From: Candidatus Latescibacterota bacterium
GTDB lineage: Bacteria; Latescibacterota; UBA2968; UBA8231
DNA: 64,000 bases
Assembly (NCBI GenBank): GCA_965223905.1
Contig: CBDCXV010000010.1
Coordinates: forward strand, 32,001-96,000
Direction of reading: 5' to 3'
In this document: positions 44,254-54,206 of the stretch, in pieces
How the letters are laid out: each line of letters opens with the position of its first letter
Numbering within the stretch: the stretch's first letter is position 1
Program-made: the position numbers and the translations under genes
Notes under the pieces: model-generated
The model's database searches: none
What the model saw: the letters and a program-made list of their open reading frames with translations, nothing else
Told to the model about the DNA's origin: nothing

Positions 44254-45410
44254 ACTGGTCGGCCCTTATGGGGCCGGTGGCACTCCACCTGCTTGGAAAA
44301 CCGACGTCGATCGAGAACGGGGAAAAGACCTGGCGATACGGCCGAAAGGGTTCTCTGGCGGTGCACGTTGGCGGTTCGGAGGGGCTGGTCGGCTCCTGGA
44401 CCGACTTCGAAAGCGGCGACCAAGGGGGCGTGCTGGACCTGATCGAGAGGGAACGCAATTGCGAACGTCGCGCGGCTTTGGATTGGCTTCGCGACCAGGG
44501 GTTGATGATCCCCTCCGAGGACCAGCGAGGTCGGATCGGGGCGCCTCGATCCTCCCGCCGCACCCGGGCCTCCCAGGCTGCCCCTCAACGCCGATCCCGG
44601 GAGCCCACCCCGACACCTGCCGGCACAGACGGAGACCGCGAGGCGACAGCCTACGCCCGCCAGCTGTGGGCAAAAGGGGTCCCCGCCGACGACACCCCCG
44701 GTCGCATCTACCTGACCGAACGATGGGTCTGGCCCGGCCTCCATGTGACCGGAGCTCCGAATTTGCCCGCCGAAGTCGTGCGCTGGCTGTCCCGGAAGAC
44801 GGCCGCCCGAACCGTGGCCCCTTGCACCGAAAAGGGGTTGTGGCTGCCCAAAGGCGCGGCCGGAGCCCTGATGTTCGCGTTCACCGAAGCGGACAACGTG
44901 ATCGCCGTTCAGTTCGAGGGCCTGACCGCCGACGGGGAGCGCACCCCCTACACCACTCGCAGGCAGGAAATGAACCGATTCCGCCAGTTCCGGGGGCGGG
45001 TAGCCGGGGCCTACATGCTCCTTCGCCGGGCAGAAAGCAAAAGCCTTCTGATACTCGTCGAGGGCCCGGCCGACGCCCTGGCGGCCTGGTGGCTCTGGCC
45101 CAACGCGGCGGCCGTGTGGAGTTGCGCAGGGACCAGCGGCCTGGCACAGGTGCAGCCCGATCATGTGACCGGTTTCGACACGGTAGCTTTGGCCGCCGAC
45201 GGAGACCGCGCCGGACAGAAAGCTGCCTGGCGGACCACGGTGCGGCTGTTCGAAGCCGGTATTCCTGTCAAAAGATGGCCCAGCCGCCGCGGTGCTGACC
45301 CGGTGGACTCCTTGGCCGAACGCCTCCAGGAACGGGCTGCCATCGTCGAATTCGACGGCCGACTACCTCGCCTCGAGGCCGAAGCCGTGGCTTGGACACC
45401 GTACCTCTAA
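44208..45410 (+). CDS. Toprim-domain DNA primase
   Basis: WRYGRKGSL, WTDFESGDQGGVLDLI, ILVEGPADALA, AADGDRAG. Confidence 0.85.
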   Translation: MARKPARGVPRTDDIDWSALMGPVALHLLGKPTSIENGEKTWRYGRKGSLAVHVGGSEGLVGSWTDFESGDQGGVLDLIERERNCERRAALDWLRDQGLMIPSEDQRGRIGAPRSSRRTRASQAAPQRRSREPTPTPAGTDGDREATAYARQLWAKGVPADDTPGRIYLTERWVWPGLHVTGAPNLPAEVVRWLSRKTAARTVAPCTEKGLWLPKGAAGALMFAFTEADNVIAVQFEGLTADGERTPYTTRRQEMNRFRQFRGRVAGAYMLLRRAESKSLLILVEGPADALAAWWLWPNAAAVWSCAGTSGLAQVQPDHVTGFDTVALAADGDRAGQKAAWRTTVRLFEAGIPVKRWPSRRGADPVDSLAERLQERAAIVEFDGRLPRLEAEAVAWTPYL

Positions 45411-46636
45411 CCAACCCCCCCATGGCCGATCCTGAACCTCTGAAAGAAGTGACCGCCGATCAGGTGGTGGCCCAAAAAGCCCTCAAAAAGTTGCGGAGGT
45501 ACGCCAAGGCAGTCGGCAAGCAGGAAGACACCGACTACGTAAACAGGTTGCGATCCGGACTCAGGAATCTGGTCGATCCCCCCGATGAGGGCGAAACGGA
45601 GGAAGAGGATCGGGAAGCTGACGCTCTGCTCGCCGTAGCCGAACGCTACTCCGACACCGAAGAAGCCGACCCGAAAGAACTCCTTGCCGAGATTCGGGCG
45701 GCTTTTTCCGACGACAACGACAGTTCCAAACACCTGCCGGACCCCGTAGTCGGCGACGCTTGGGATGTGGAGGACCCGGATCGCGAGTGGTTGGTTGACG
45801 GTTGGCTGCCCGCCGCCGAACTGGCCTTGCTGAGCGGCCCCGGAAACGTCGGAAAAAGCCTGTTGGTTCTGCAGCTCGCCAATGCGCTGGCTACGAGCCA
45901 GGAGGTTCCCAGTTGGCTACCCAAAGGGAAGAAAGCAACGGCCGAAGCCCCGGCCCTGAAATCGGAGGAGGGGGTGCCCGTGGTGATGGCGAATTGGGAG
46001 GACTCGGCTCCCGAAGCACGACATCGCCGTTTTAGACTGCATGCTTTCGGCGACTGCAAATGGGCGGATGCTTCCGACGTGAAAAAGCACCTGCACGTGT
46101 TGCCGATGCGCGGCCATGGCCCTACCTGGGGACCGGGCGGAACCGGACACATCTCCGTCATGGGCGAAGTGACCAAAACAGGGGAGGCCCTGCGTCGATA
46201 CTGTGAAGCCCACAAGGCCCGCCTGCTGGTGTTGGATCCGGTCAGCCTTGCCTTGGCGGTCGAGGAGAATTCCCGCCCCCTGGTTTCGGTGGCTTTGGAG
46301 AGTTGGGCCGGGTGGGCCAACGATACCGGCTGTGCGGTGTTGCTGACCGGACACCCCTCCAAGGTCACAGAAGGGGAAGGAAGCGACTACAGCGGCTCGA
46401 CGGCCTGGCGGGGCCTGGTGCGGAGCCTGTGGACGCTCAAGCCACTCAAGGATCCCGACCCCAACGCCGCAGAAACCCACGCGGAGTTGATCTTGAACAA
46501 AGCCAACTACGCCAAGGCCGGACAGATCCTGAACCTTGAGACCCACGGCAGAGGTGCTGCCTGGCATTTTCAGTCTACGGGCAGCGTGAAACGGAAGGGA
46601 ACCGGGGGGGGAAAAGAGGAAGTGAAACCGGCATGA
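45392..46636 (+). CDS. AAA_25 / RepA-like replicative helicase
   Basis: REWLVDGWLP, Walker A GPGNVGKS, Walker B LLVLDP, HPSK, SGSTAW, KANY. Confidence 0.88.
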   Translation: MDTVPLTNPPMADPEPLKEVTADQVVAQKALKKLRRYAKAVGKQEDTDYVNRLRSGLRNLVDPPDEGETEEEDREADALLAVAERYSDTEEADPKELLAEIRAAFSDDNDSSKHLPDPVVGDAWDVEDPDREWLVDGWLPAAELALLSGPGNVGKSLLVLQLANALATSQEVPSWLPKGKKATAEAPALKSEEGVPVVMANWEDSAPEARHRRFRLHAFGDCKWADASDVKKHLHVLPMRGHGPTWGPGGTGHISVMGEVTKTGEALRRYCEAHKARLLVLDPVSLALAVEENSRPLVSVALESWAGWANDTGCAVLLTGHPSKVTEGEGSDYSGSTAWRGLVRSLWTLKPLKDPDPNAAETHAELILNKANYAKAGQILNLETHGRGAAWHFQSTGSVKRKGTGGGKEEVKPA

Positions 46637-48036
46637 ACAACCCCAAATCCCAAAATGAGGAAGCTCGGAAGTACGCCAACGACCACCGGATCGAGACTGT
46701 CCGCTACGCCATCCACGACGTCGGACGCCTGCAGGACTGGGCGAAGAAGGATCCAGAACGGTTCCCTACGGCTGTGGAGCTGGGCAAACGCTTAGAAGGA
46801 TTCGAACTCGAAGGCCGGCGCTACGTCTGTCAGAATGACGATTTTAATCCCCCAGAACTCGTAAAATTAGTGGCCGAGGCCCTGTACCCAGAGGACGAGT
46901 CAGTTTTTCTGGTGTCGGGAACATGGCAACAACCCTCTGGCCAATATGAAAAGAATCAGGAGGGTGCTAAGCCCGTTTTTGACCAGAATGGTCGGATATG
47001 GATTCCCGACGAAGACCCGTTCGAGTGGATCATCGAGGCCCTCAACGAGGCCGCGGTAAGCGCCGACGGATTGACAGCGCTGGCCGAAGTAGTACCCATA
47101 GATCCAGAAACTAGCCGACCCGATCCCATATTGGCAGCCCCTCTCGTTATGGTCCATCGAGACCACCAACAGGCCAACCTGTTCAGCCCATCGAGGTGGG
47201 GGGAGACACAAAATGGGCAGTACGAAATGTTTTCCGGATTCGGCCGCAGCCAGGAAGACGGTCCGATCGTCCCGGCACTTCCTATGGCGTTGTACGACCT
47301 GGGAGTCGGAGGCCATCAACATATATCGCCCGGTAGTGGCGCCCCGATGGCCCTGCGTATCTTCGTCGAAATGTGCCTGTCAGTACCTCTTGCAGAACGG
47401 AACCGGCCCGGCCCTGTGGTGTTAAAACCCCAACGCTTCTGCGAATTTCTGGAAACGCTGTATCCCGACTCCTCGTCCTATCGTCCCGGCCGCCACTATG
47501 GCCCCATACGCGAAGCCCTGGAAAGCCTGACGACTCCCCAAGCTCGGGTACCCTGGGTTGATCCGGAAACCGGCGACGGCGCGGCCCGTTTCGTGGTGGT
47601 TCCCTTGGACGTTCCTCGCGAAGGAAGAATGAAGGATTGGATTCAGTTCCAGGTCCATTTACCTCCCGGCTCCCACCGCGGCGCCATCGTGGACCGACCA
47701 GCCATGCGGGTAGCGGGAGTTAGGTCGGTGACGATGTATCGCATGGCGTTGTCGCTGGCACTACACTGGCACGATCCAGGACGCCTGCGAGTCCCAATTT
47801 CAAGGGGGAAAGAAAAGCATTGGTACCAAGTCCGATCCCCGGAACGATACCCCGAAGTCACGGATGCCCAATTGATTGGGATGGCCTACCCTCGCACCAG
47901 TGACGACGACAACCGCCGTATGCGGTTAAAGCGAGCTCAGGAAGCGCTAGACGCCTTGGTGGAAATCGGGTATGCCGCAGTGCATCCCAGGCGGCTAATA
48001 TATCCAGGACCCAAATGGGTGGGATGGGGTACGTAG
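46633..48036 (+). CDS. Hypothetical protein, candidate replication initiator
   Basis: 467 aa, ATGA-coupled to the helicase and immediately followed by iterons; no motif recognised. Confidence 0.6.
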   Translation: MNNPKSQNEEARKYANDHRIETVRYAIHDVGRLQDWAKKDPERFPTAVELGKRLEGFELEGRRYVCQNDDFNPPELVKLVAEALYPEDESVFLVSGTWQQPSGQYEKNQEGAKPVFDQNGRIWIPDEDPFEWIIEALNEAAVSADGLTALAEVVPIDPETSRPDPILAAPLVMVHRDHQQANLFSPSRWGETQNGQYEMFSGFGRSQEDGPIVPALPMALYDLGVGGHQHISPGSGAPMALRIFVEMCLSVPLAERNRPGPVVLKPQRFCEFLETLYPDSSSYRPGRHYGPIREALESLTTPQARVPWVDPETGDGAARFVVVPLDVPREGRMKDWIQFQVHLPPGSHRGAIVDRPAMRVAGVRSVTMYRMALSLALHWHDPGRLRVPISRGKEKHWYQVRSPERYPEVTDAQLIGMAYPRTSDDDNRRMRLKRAQEALDALVEIGYAAVHPRRLIYPGPKWVGWGT

Positions 48037-48077
48037 GCCGGAAATCGCCGCTTAACCTAACGCCCGGAACTCAAGCC

Positions 48078-48482
48078 TAACCGACAAGCACCTTCCTCCC
48101 GGAGTTAGCGGATCGCGACGTCCGCCCTGAACCCCCAAAAAGGTCTCTAACGGGATTTTATCGGCCCCTTCGAAGCGTTAGAGACGTGCTTGTCGGTTAC
48201 GCCGACCCCCCTTTACAGCCCCTGGACGTTAACCTCGGTAGCGAAAATCCTTGAAAAAAGGGGCCGTATCCGATTTTTCTCCCCTTTTTTTTCCTAAAGA
48301 CGTGCTTGTCGGTTACGCCGATCCCTTACAGGCCCTTAAAAAACGTGCTTGTCGGTTACGCACGGGTGTGTCGCCCCTCTTCTTTCCTTGAGGGGAGGCC
48401 CCCCCGTCCTGTCGGTAAAAGACGTGCTTGTCGGTTACAAAAGACGTGCTTGTCGGTTACAAAAGACGTGCTTGTCGGTTAC
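48078..48482. repeat. Iteron cluster (putative replication origin)
   Basis: (G)ACGTGCTTGTCGGTTAC at 48183, 48299, 48343, 48421, 48443 and 48465 (last three at a 22-bp period), plus an inverted partial copy TAACCGACAAGCAC at 48078. Confidence 0.85.
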
Positions 48483-49402
48483 ATTTTCGCCCCTGCTAGT
48501 TCGGCTAACTTGTTGTCTGGCAACGAGTTGATTTTTCCGCGGAATGCCCACCGACCCCGACCCCCACGAGGGGAGGGGGGGGCCGCTGGGAGGGGACGAA
48601 GGGTGGCTCCCCTCCCGCGGCCATTCCAAAAAAAACCGTTTTCGTCATGTCGGCGATCACGGTATCGTCGTCGGCCAGGTATTTCCCGAACCGGCACCGA
48701 AACCCGACCTGGGTTGTCGATGTGGGTCCGACGACCTCGAGCAGCTTGCCGACACTTCCCCGGTTTTTTTGGAAAAATTTTGAAAATTTTCCACGAGCTC
48801 TGCGCGAGGGTAACTTCACCCCGCTGCGCAGCTCCGCGCGCTTCGCCGTCGATCTGAGATCCCCCCCCGACGGTCCCCCGGCCCCCTTCGCGCTCGTTCG
48901 TTCGCGTTCTTTCCGCCCCCTCGCGTTTCTCCGCCCCTCGCGGCGCTGACCGCCCCCCCTGGACGCGCTCCGGCCCCCTTCGTTGCACCGTGCAGCACCG
49001 TCAATTCAGCCTGCGGCGCCTCGTTTTTGAGTTCGTATATCAACCATTATCACAAGTAAAACAGCACCCAGCTAATAGCTATTGTCCGGTGGGTCGTCCG
49101 CCTTCGACCAGCCCGGCCGGACGGAACGAACTACTACGCCCTCGGCCCTTGAGAACCACCAACGGCCTTTCGATGGCTTTGGGAAACCGGCAAAAGGTGC
49201 CCGAGGTAGCAGGCCCCAGGGGATTTTCAAAGTGCTTGCTGACAAACAATCAGTACGCTAAGGGGCTCTCACTCTCACTCTAACTCTAACCCATCGCAGG
49301 TTGCCCCCCCGACTCAACAAAGCGAGGACCTGAACCTCCCCCTTTCGACTCGCCGGGCTCCAACCAATCGCGCGATTCGGCGCCCTTCTGCCGAGAAACA
49401 TT

Positions 49403-49431
49403 TTGCGCTACGTGGCGATAATTAGTATTGT
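49403..49431 (+). promoter_or_regulatory. Candidate sigma70 promoter of the ribozyme-punctuated operon
   Basis: TTGCGC-17 bp-TATTGT in an AT-rich patch, then an AGGAGG RBS. Confidence 0.45.
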
Positions 49432-49476
49432 CTTATCTAAATGAACACTTCACCCCCAACAGGAGGAACAAAGACC

Positions 49477-49914
49477 GTGCTGACCTACAACGACTACCGC
49501 AACGTCGATTTGCGGACGGACGTGATGGAAACGGCGTCGGGAGAGGCTGTGAAACTGCCTGAGGTGCCGTTGCCTGAGATGATTTCGTTCAGGAACAGCG
49601 TGGCGAGTGAAGGGGATTGGGTGCTTGCCGACTACCTGCGGCAGTTCGTGCCGGAGGTATTCCTGTCGAATCTCGGCGCGGCGATAGCGCACTCGATTGA
49701 CCCGGCTATGAACAGCGTCGGCGTCGAGGCGGCGATCAGGGTGTCTCATGAGACCCTGTCGGGGTTGGATGCGGAGACCTTCGCCCACGAAATCAACCTC
49801 GCCCGCGCCTGCGAGTTCATCCGGCCCGGCTACCTCGCCGCATGCGCCCGGGAGCAGGGTATGGATCAGGACTACTGCGCGGCGGCGAAGTATGTGCAGG
49901 AGGCGACGGCATGA
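49477..49914 (+). CDS. Hypothetical protein
   Basis: GTG start after AGGAGG; ORF open from 49441. Confidence 0.7.
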   Translation: MLTYNDYRNVDLRTDVMETASGEAVKLPEVPLPEMISFRNSVASEGDWVLADYLRQFVPEVFLSNLGAAIAHSIDPAMNSVGVEAAIRVSHETLSGLDAETFAHEINLARACEFIRPGYLAACAREQGMDQDYCAAAKYVQEATA

Positions 49915-50027
49915 GCTTCTCCCTCACGGTGCTGTTCACGCTGCTTGTGATCTACCTCGTGTTGCTTCTCACGGTGCCGATTTACATGGCATTAACCACA
50001 CGTCGCAACGGGCGACGATACAGGTAA
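49911..50027 (+). CDS. Small hydrophobic peptide (38 aa)
   Basis: ATGA overlap, GGAGG RBS, MSFSLTVLFTLLVIYLVLLLTVPIY. Confidence 0.55.
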   Translation: MSFSLTVLFTLLVIYLVLLLTVPIYMALTTRRNGRRYR

Positions 50028-50099
50028 CGGTGAGGGGGCGGGAGCCTTTTCGGGGCTTCCGCCTAAGCCTACGTGCCGGCGTCTCAAGTGCCGGCGCCC
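50022..50099 (+). ncRNA. Twister ribozyme, type P5 permutation (#1); predicted cleavage 50064/50065
   Basis: GGU-GAGGG-[P1 GGCGGGAGCC/GGCUUCCGCC]-U^AA-GCC-UAC-GU-[P4 GCCGGC GUCUCAAGU GCCGGC]. Confidence 0.8.
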
Positions 50100-50127
50100 T
50101 TTAACCCATTCAGGAGGAACAGGCAAG

Positions 50128-50703
50128 ATGAAAGAGATCACGATTCAACGCTCGGAGCTGGAAGGGGCTGGTATCCAGCCCTACGTCGCCATGCTCCTGC
50201 TCGGACACGACCCGGGCACCTTGTCGGCGGCGACGATGCCCAAGGCGATGCGCGAGTTCGCGGCGCGCCACAACGTGCTGATGGCGCTGATGATGCCGGA
50301 CGCCTCGGCGAACTTCCGGGGTGGCAACGTGTGGGTGACAGGTTGGGCGGGGCAGGGGGCAGAGGAGGATTGGCGGCCGGAGCGATGCCAGTTCGTGGTA
50401 GAGCAGGAGACCGAGCTGATGATGCCGGTGACTTTGGAGTTGAAGATGAAATTGAGCGGCCGCGTGCTTCGGTATGACGCGGACATTCCGTCCGGTCCGG
50501 TGTCCGTGGTCGACGAATGGACCACGCTCGGGGCGATACTCGCACAGTGTCCCGAGTTGGCCGACGAGGTGCTGCGGTCAGGCGACACGCTCGCGGTGGT
50601 TATCGAGCAGCCGGAGGCCCCGGAGGCCCCGGAGCTCGGAAGCGACAAGGACCGGGATCGAATGAACAAGGACGGTACCCCGCCCATTGTTTGGTCGAGG
50701 TGA
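50128..50703 (+). CDS. Hypothetical protein
   Basis: AGGAGG RBS; 191 aa. Confidence 0.75.
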   Translation: MKEITIQRSELEGAGIQPYVAMLLLGHDPGTLSAATMPKAMREFAARHNVLMALMMPDASANFRGGNVWVTGWAGQGAEEDWRPERCQFVVEQETELMMPVTLELKMKLSGRVLRYDADIPSGPVSVVDEWTTLGAILAQCPELADEVLRSGDTLAVVIEQPEAPEAPELGSDKDRDRMNKDGTPPIVWSR

Positions 50704-50772
50704 GAGGTGAGAGGGGCGGGGGGAGACCCCGCCCTAACCCCACAGCCCGGACATCTCAAGTACCGGGCCACC
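50699..50772 (+). ncRNA. Twister ribozyme type P5 (#2); predicted cleavage 50735/50736
   Basis: GGU-GAGAG-[P1 GGGCGGGG GAGA CCCCGCCC]-U^AA-CCC-CAC-A-[P4 GCCCGG ACAUCUCAAGUA CCGGGC]; P5 GGUG/CACC. Confidence 0.72.
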
Positions 50773-50792
50773 CATTCACAGGAGGTAGCAGC

Positions 50793-51368
50793 ATGTATCT
50801 CAGAGACGGAAAGGTCGGACAGACCTTCAAAGAGCCGAAGAGCGGCAGGTTCGTCACCCTCTTCGACATCAACGGCGGCGAGGCGACGTTCAGCTACACG
50901 ACGGGCGTCGAGGCGACGGGTATGGGACCTGTCGGCGAAGTGTTCCCGATGGGCGATTGGGAGCCTGTCCCGATCCCTGTCATCCCCGACAGCCCTTGGG
51001 GGCAAACGCAGTACGTTGGCGGCGTGGCGGAGGGCATCTACAGGATCATCACGGCCTCTCACGGCGGTCTCAGACTGTTGCAGGCTGCGCAGGACAAGCT
51101 GCCTCCGGGAGTGCGTCAGATGTTCCTGAACGGCCCCGAGTGGGCCGAAGAGGACTGCGAGGAGATCATCGTGCTCGCGTTGCTCGGGTTGACCGGCAAG
51201 CGGGAGATCCTGCTGGCGCTGAAGATGGCGCAACAGATCCCCCGGTATCAGCCGGCAGTGGCCAAGCTGTGCGAGCTCGCCGGCGTCGAGGTAGTCGAGA
51301 CCCCGGCGCTGAACCCGTTGCAGGGCTCGTACGCACACGCGGACGGGCGTACCGAGTACTCGGATTAG
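50793..51368 (+). CDS. DUF7007-like hypothetical protein
   Basis: SPWG....VAEGI..I.TASHGG.RL...W.EEDCE motif; AGGAGG RBS. Confidence 0.7.
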   Translation: MYLRDGKVGQTFKEPKSGRFVTLFDINGGEATFSYTTGVEATGMGPVGEVFPMGDWEPVPIPVIPDSPWGQTQYVGGVAEGIYRIITASHGGLRLLQAAQDKLPPGVRQMFLNGPEWAEEDCEEIIVLALLGLTGKREILLALKMAQQIPRYQPAVAKLCELAGVEVVETPALNPLQGSYAHADGRTEYSD

Positions 51369-51435
51369 AAACCACAAGGGGTAGGGGTATGACGAGCTCG
51401 TGCAGCCCCTACCCCTTGTGGAAAGGACAAACGAA

Positions 51436-51597
51436 ATGAGCTTGAACATCGAGAAGGTGCGGGAGCTGATGGAATCGGCGGCGGAGACCCTGGAGCTGTC
51501 CGGCTCCGAGGACCTGCACGTGACCGCGGCGGCCTGCCGCATCCGCTTCTACGCTTCACAGCTGGAAGAGTGGGAGTTGGAGGTCTACGAGGAATGA
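51436..51597 (+). CDS. Hypothetical protein (53 aa)
   Basis: AAGGA RBS following a long hairpin. Confidence 0.55.
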   Translation: MSLNIEKVRELMESAAETLELSGSEDLHVTAAACRIRFYASQLEEWELEVYEE

Positions 51598-51694
51598 CAA
51601 CCATCATCGAAGTCAGGCGCATCGTTGCTTTCGACGCCAACGGAGAGCCCGTGTGGCGGACGTTGCTGGAGGTGCGCATCAGGGAGAATGAACG

Positions 51695-52504
51695 ATGAAT
51701 CACGCAGGAACCAAGGTTTTCACGGACAAGATCGACGACGTAAGGATGCGCGAGATGTGCAGCATCATCGCCGCCTACATCGCCTCGCGCACCGCGGCGG
51801 TAGACTGGACGGGCGTCGAGGCCCTCGCCGCCGTCGCCGCCGAACTCGGGTTTGTGGACCGGGACGGGGTGATCGTCGGCGGACTCGCCGAATACCTCCA
51901 ACAGAGCTTGGGGGCGGAGCACGTCAACTATCGGCCCGCCATCAACATCCTGCAGGCTGCCGGCAGAGCGCGGGACGTGACGGACCTGAACAGCCTCACG
52001 GTGCACGTCGATGTAGAGGTGACCGAGGGAGACATCGCGGACGGTATCCAGGGGAATTGCGACCTGTGCGCCCTGGCGCTGGCGCTGCAGCGGGCAGTTG
52101 GCATCGAGGTCCACGTGCACGTGACGGGTACGATGGCCTACCTCGACGGGTTCTATCACTGCTGGCTGCCGGCAGAGGTCAAGACCTTCATCAGCCTGTT
52201 CGACAACAACTCCGACAACGGTGTGACGGTCAAGCCCTTCAAGGTGCACCTGATCTTCATCGCGACGGGACCGAGGGCGATTCCCGAGGAAGCGCGGTGC
52301 AACGCAAGCCGGTTCAGAAACGATGCCACGCCGACGTGGAGCTACTGGATCGAGACGGACGGCCCGGTGCTGGAGGATAGCGTCAGGGCGCACACGCTGG
52401 CAGAGGCGCGGCAGTTGATCCGAGCCGCACACCCCAACGACATCGGAGCGGACGGCGAGGTCACAGGGCCTGGCGGTCACAGCTTCCCGGTGTTCAGGAA
52501 GTAG
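51695..52504 (+). CDS. Hypothetical protein
   Basis: 269 aa; contains VEVTEGDIADG..GNCDLCALALALQR. Confidence 0.75.
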   Translation: MNHAGTKVFTDKIDDVRMREMCSIIAAYIASRTAAVDWTGVEALAAVAAELGFVDRDGVIVGGLAEYLQQSLGAEHVNYRPAINILQAAGRARDVTDLNSLTVHVDVEVTEGDIADGIQGNCDLCALALALQRAVGIEVHVHVTGTMAYLDGFYHCWLPAEVKTFISLFDNNSDNGVTVKPFKVHLIFIATGPRAIPEEARCNASRFRNDATPTWSYWIETDGPVLEDSVRAHTLAEARQLIRAAHPNDIGADGEVTGPGGHSFPVFRK

Positions 52505-52615
52505 CGGCGAGGGGACCGGGGTCCCGAAAGGGAGCGAGGGGCAGTGAGGAGCTGTCCCTCGCTTGGCAATCCCGGTCTAAGCCTACTGCCGGTGTCTCAA
52601 GTGCCGGCGCCTTCT
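52497..52615 (+). ncRNA. Twister ribozyme type P5 (#3) with a branched P1 insertion; predicted cleavage 52578/52579
   Basis: GGC-GAGGG-[P1 GACCGGGG...UCCCGGUC]-U^AA-GCC-UAC-U-[P4 GCCGGU GUCUCAAGU GCCGGC]. Confidence 0.8.
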
Positions 52616-52641
52616 ACCCCATTCAGGAGCAAGAAATCGAC

Positions 52642-53259
52642 ATGGACATGGAGCGAATGATTTACCCGAACCGGGCGCAGGTTCAAATCGACGTGGTGGA
52701 CCACCTGCGAAAGGCGGCGGACTTCCTCGCTGTCGATGAGGAATCGATGCGGAATCCGGCCAACGTGGCGGCCTTGATGCTGCGGGAGATGTACACAGGC
52801 GGCGGGACGCTGTCCGATTACGTGGGCTCCTCGCTCGGGGAGTACATCGTCGAAACGCTCGGACTGACCGAGGCGCGGCTCGATTGGGAAGAGGAGGAGG
52901 ACGTGTGGATGGTGAGGCACCACAACTACGGACGGGAGACGCTCTACGGGGCCTATACCTCGTATCAGGAGATGCAGGACGCGGTGACTGCATCCGGAGT
53001 GATGGCCGTGTTCGCCTCTGACGGAGCCTGGGAGCGCATCTGTCGCCTCGACCTGTTGGACAACCCCGGAGCCGAGCGGCTGCGAGGGGAGGCCCTGGTG
53101 TCCCGCGTGAAGGAGATCCTGCGCGGCGCCGGCGCCGGCATCAGAGAAGGCGGCAGGGCGGGGGAGCTCGCCGCGTTGGCCATTCACCGCGCAAGCGGCC
53201 AATTCAGCTACGAGGACCTCAACTGCGAGGACCTCTACGAAGAGGACAAGGGGGTGTGA
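52642..53259 (+). CDS. Hypothetical protein (paralog A)
   Basis: MDMERMIYPN...; clearly homologous to 53604..54206. Confidence 0.8.
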   Translation: MDMERMIYPNRAQVQIDVVDHLRKAADFLAVDEESMRNPANVAALMLREMYTGGGTLSDYVGSSLGEYIVETLGLTEARLDWEEEEDVWMVRHHNYGRETLYGAYTSYQEMQDAVTASGVMAVFASDGAWERICRLDLLDNPGAERLRGEALVSRVKEILRGAGAGIREGGRAGELAALAIHRASGQFSYEDLNCEDLYEEDKGV

Positions 53260-53375
53260 ACGGCGAGGGGACCGGGGTCCCGAAAAGGGAGCGAGGGGCA
53301 GTGAGGAACTGTCCCTCGCTTGGCAATCCCGGTCTAAGCCTACGTGCCGGCGTCTCAAGTGCCGGCGCTTCTCTT
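53250..53375 (+). ncRNA. Twister ribozyme type P5 (#4); predicted cleavage 53335/53336
   Basis: 5' half near-identical to #3, 3' half identical to #1. Confidence 0.8.
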
Positions 53376-53400
53376 TTAACCCATTCAGGAGAGGATTGGA

Positions 53401-53601
53401 ATGATCTACTGCGTGGCAGTGAAGAAGTACGAAGAATGGCACTGGAGCGTCAAAGACGAAGAGGACCGCCTGTGCTACACGACAACCGCCCGCACCAACG
53501 CGAATGCGGTGGCGGAGTTCCTGTCGGACCCAAGGACGCCTCATTTCGAGGGCATGAAGGCATGGATTGCCGACGTGACCGAAAACCGAAAGGACGGGTA
53601 G
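53401..53601 (+). CDS. Hypothetical protein (66 aa)
   Basis: AGGAGAGG RBS. Confidence 0.65.
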   Translation: MIYCVAVKKYEEWHWSVKDEEDRLCYTTTARTNANAVAEFLSDPRTPHFEGMKAWIADVTENRKDG

Positions 53602-53603
53602 CA

Positions 53604-54206
53604 ATGGACATGGAACGGATGATCTATCCGAACCCGACGCAGGTGAAAATCGACGTGATTCAGCATCTGCGGAAAGCGGCTGAGTTCCTCACCTTGGAAC
53701 ACCTCACGAGAACCCACCCGTCCAACGTGGCTGCCTGCCTGTTGCGGGAGACCTACGTCGGCGGCTCGATGCTCGCCGATTACGTGGCTTCCTCGCTCGG
53801 GGAGCACCTCGTCGAGACGCTCGGGCTGACCGAGGCGCGCCTCGATTGGGACCCGGACGAAAGCGTGTGGCTGGTGCATCACTTGGCCATGGAGCAGGAG
53901 ACGTTCTACGGCGGGTACAACTCATACGCGGAGATGCTACAGGCGATGGCGACAAGCGGAGGGATGGCCGTGTTCGCCTCTGATGGAGCCTGGGAGCGTA
54001 TCCGGCAGCTCGACCTCATGGACACCCCCGGAGCCGAACAGCTCACAGGAGAGCCCCTGGTAGAGCGCATACGGGAGATCATGCGAGGCGCGGGGGCGAG
54101 CATCCGGGGAGGCGGGCGTGCCGGCGAGCTCGCCGCGTTGGCCATCTACCGGGCAAGCGGGCAGTTCGCTTACAAGGACCTCACTCCAAAGGAGCAAGGG
54201 TTGTAG
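53604..54206 (+). CDS. Hypothetical protein (paralog B)
   Basis: MDMERMIYPNPTQVKIDVI...; paralog of 52642..53259. Confidence 0.8.
   Translation: MDMERMIYPNPTQVKIDVIQHLRKAAEFLTLEHLTRTHPSNVAACLLRETYVGGSMLADYVASSLGEHLVETLGLTEARLDWDPDESVWLVHHLAMEQETFYGGYNSYAEMLQAMATSGGMAVFASDGAWERIRQLDLMDTPGAEQLTGEPLVERIREIMRGAGASIRGGGRAGELAALAIYRASGQFAYKDLTPKEQGL

Noticed and set aside
48078-48482. Iteron cluster as a CRISPR array
   Set aside because: The 18-bp unit is non-palindromic and has irregular or 4-bp spacing; no spacers of uniform length.
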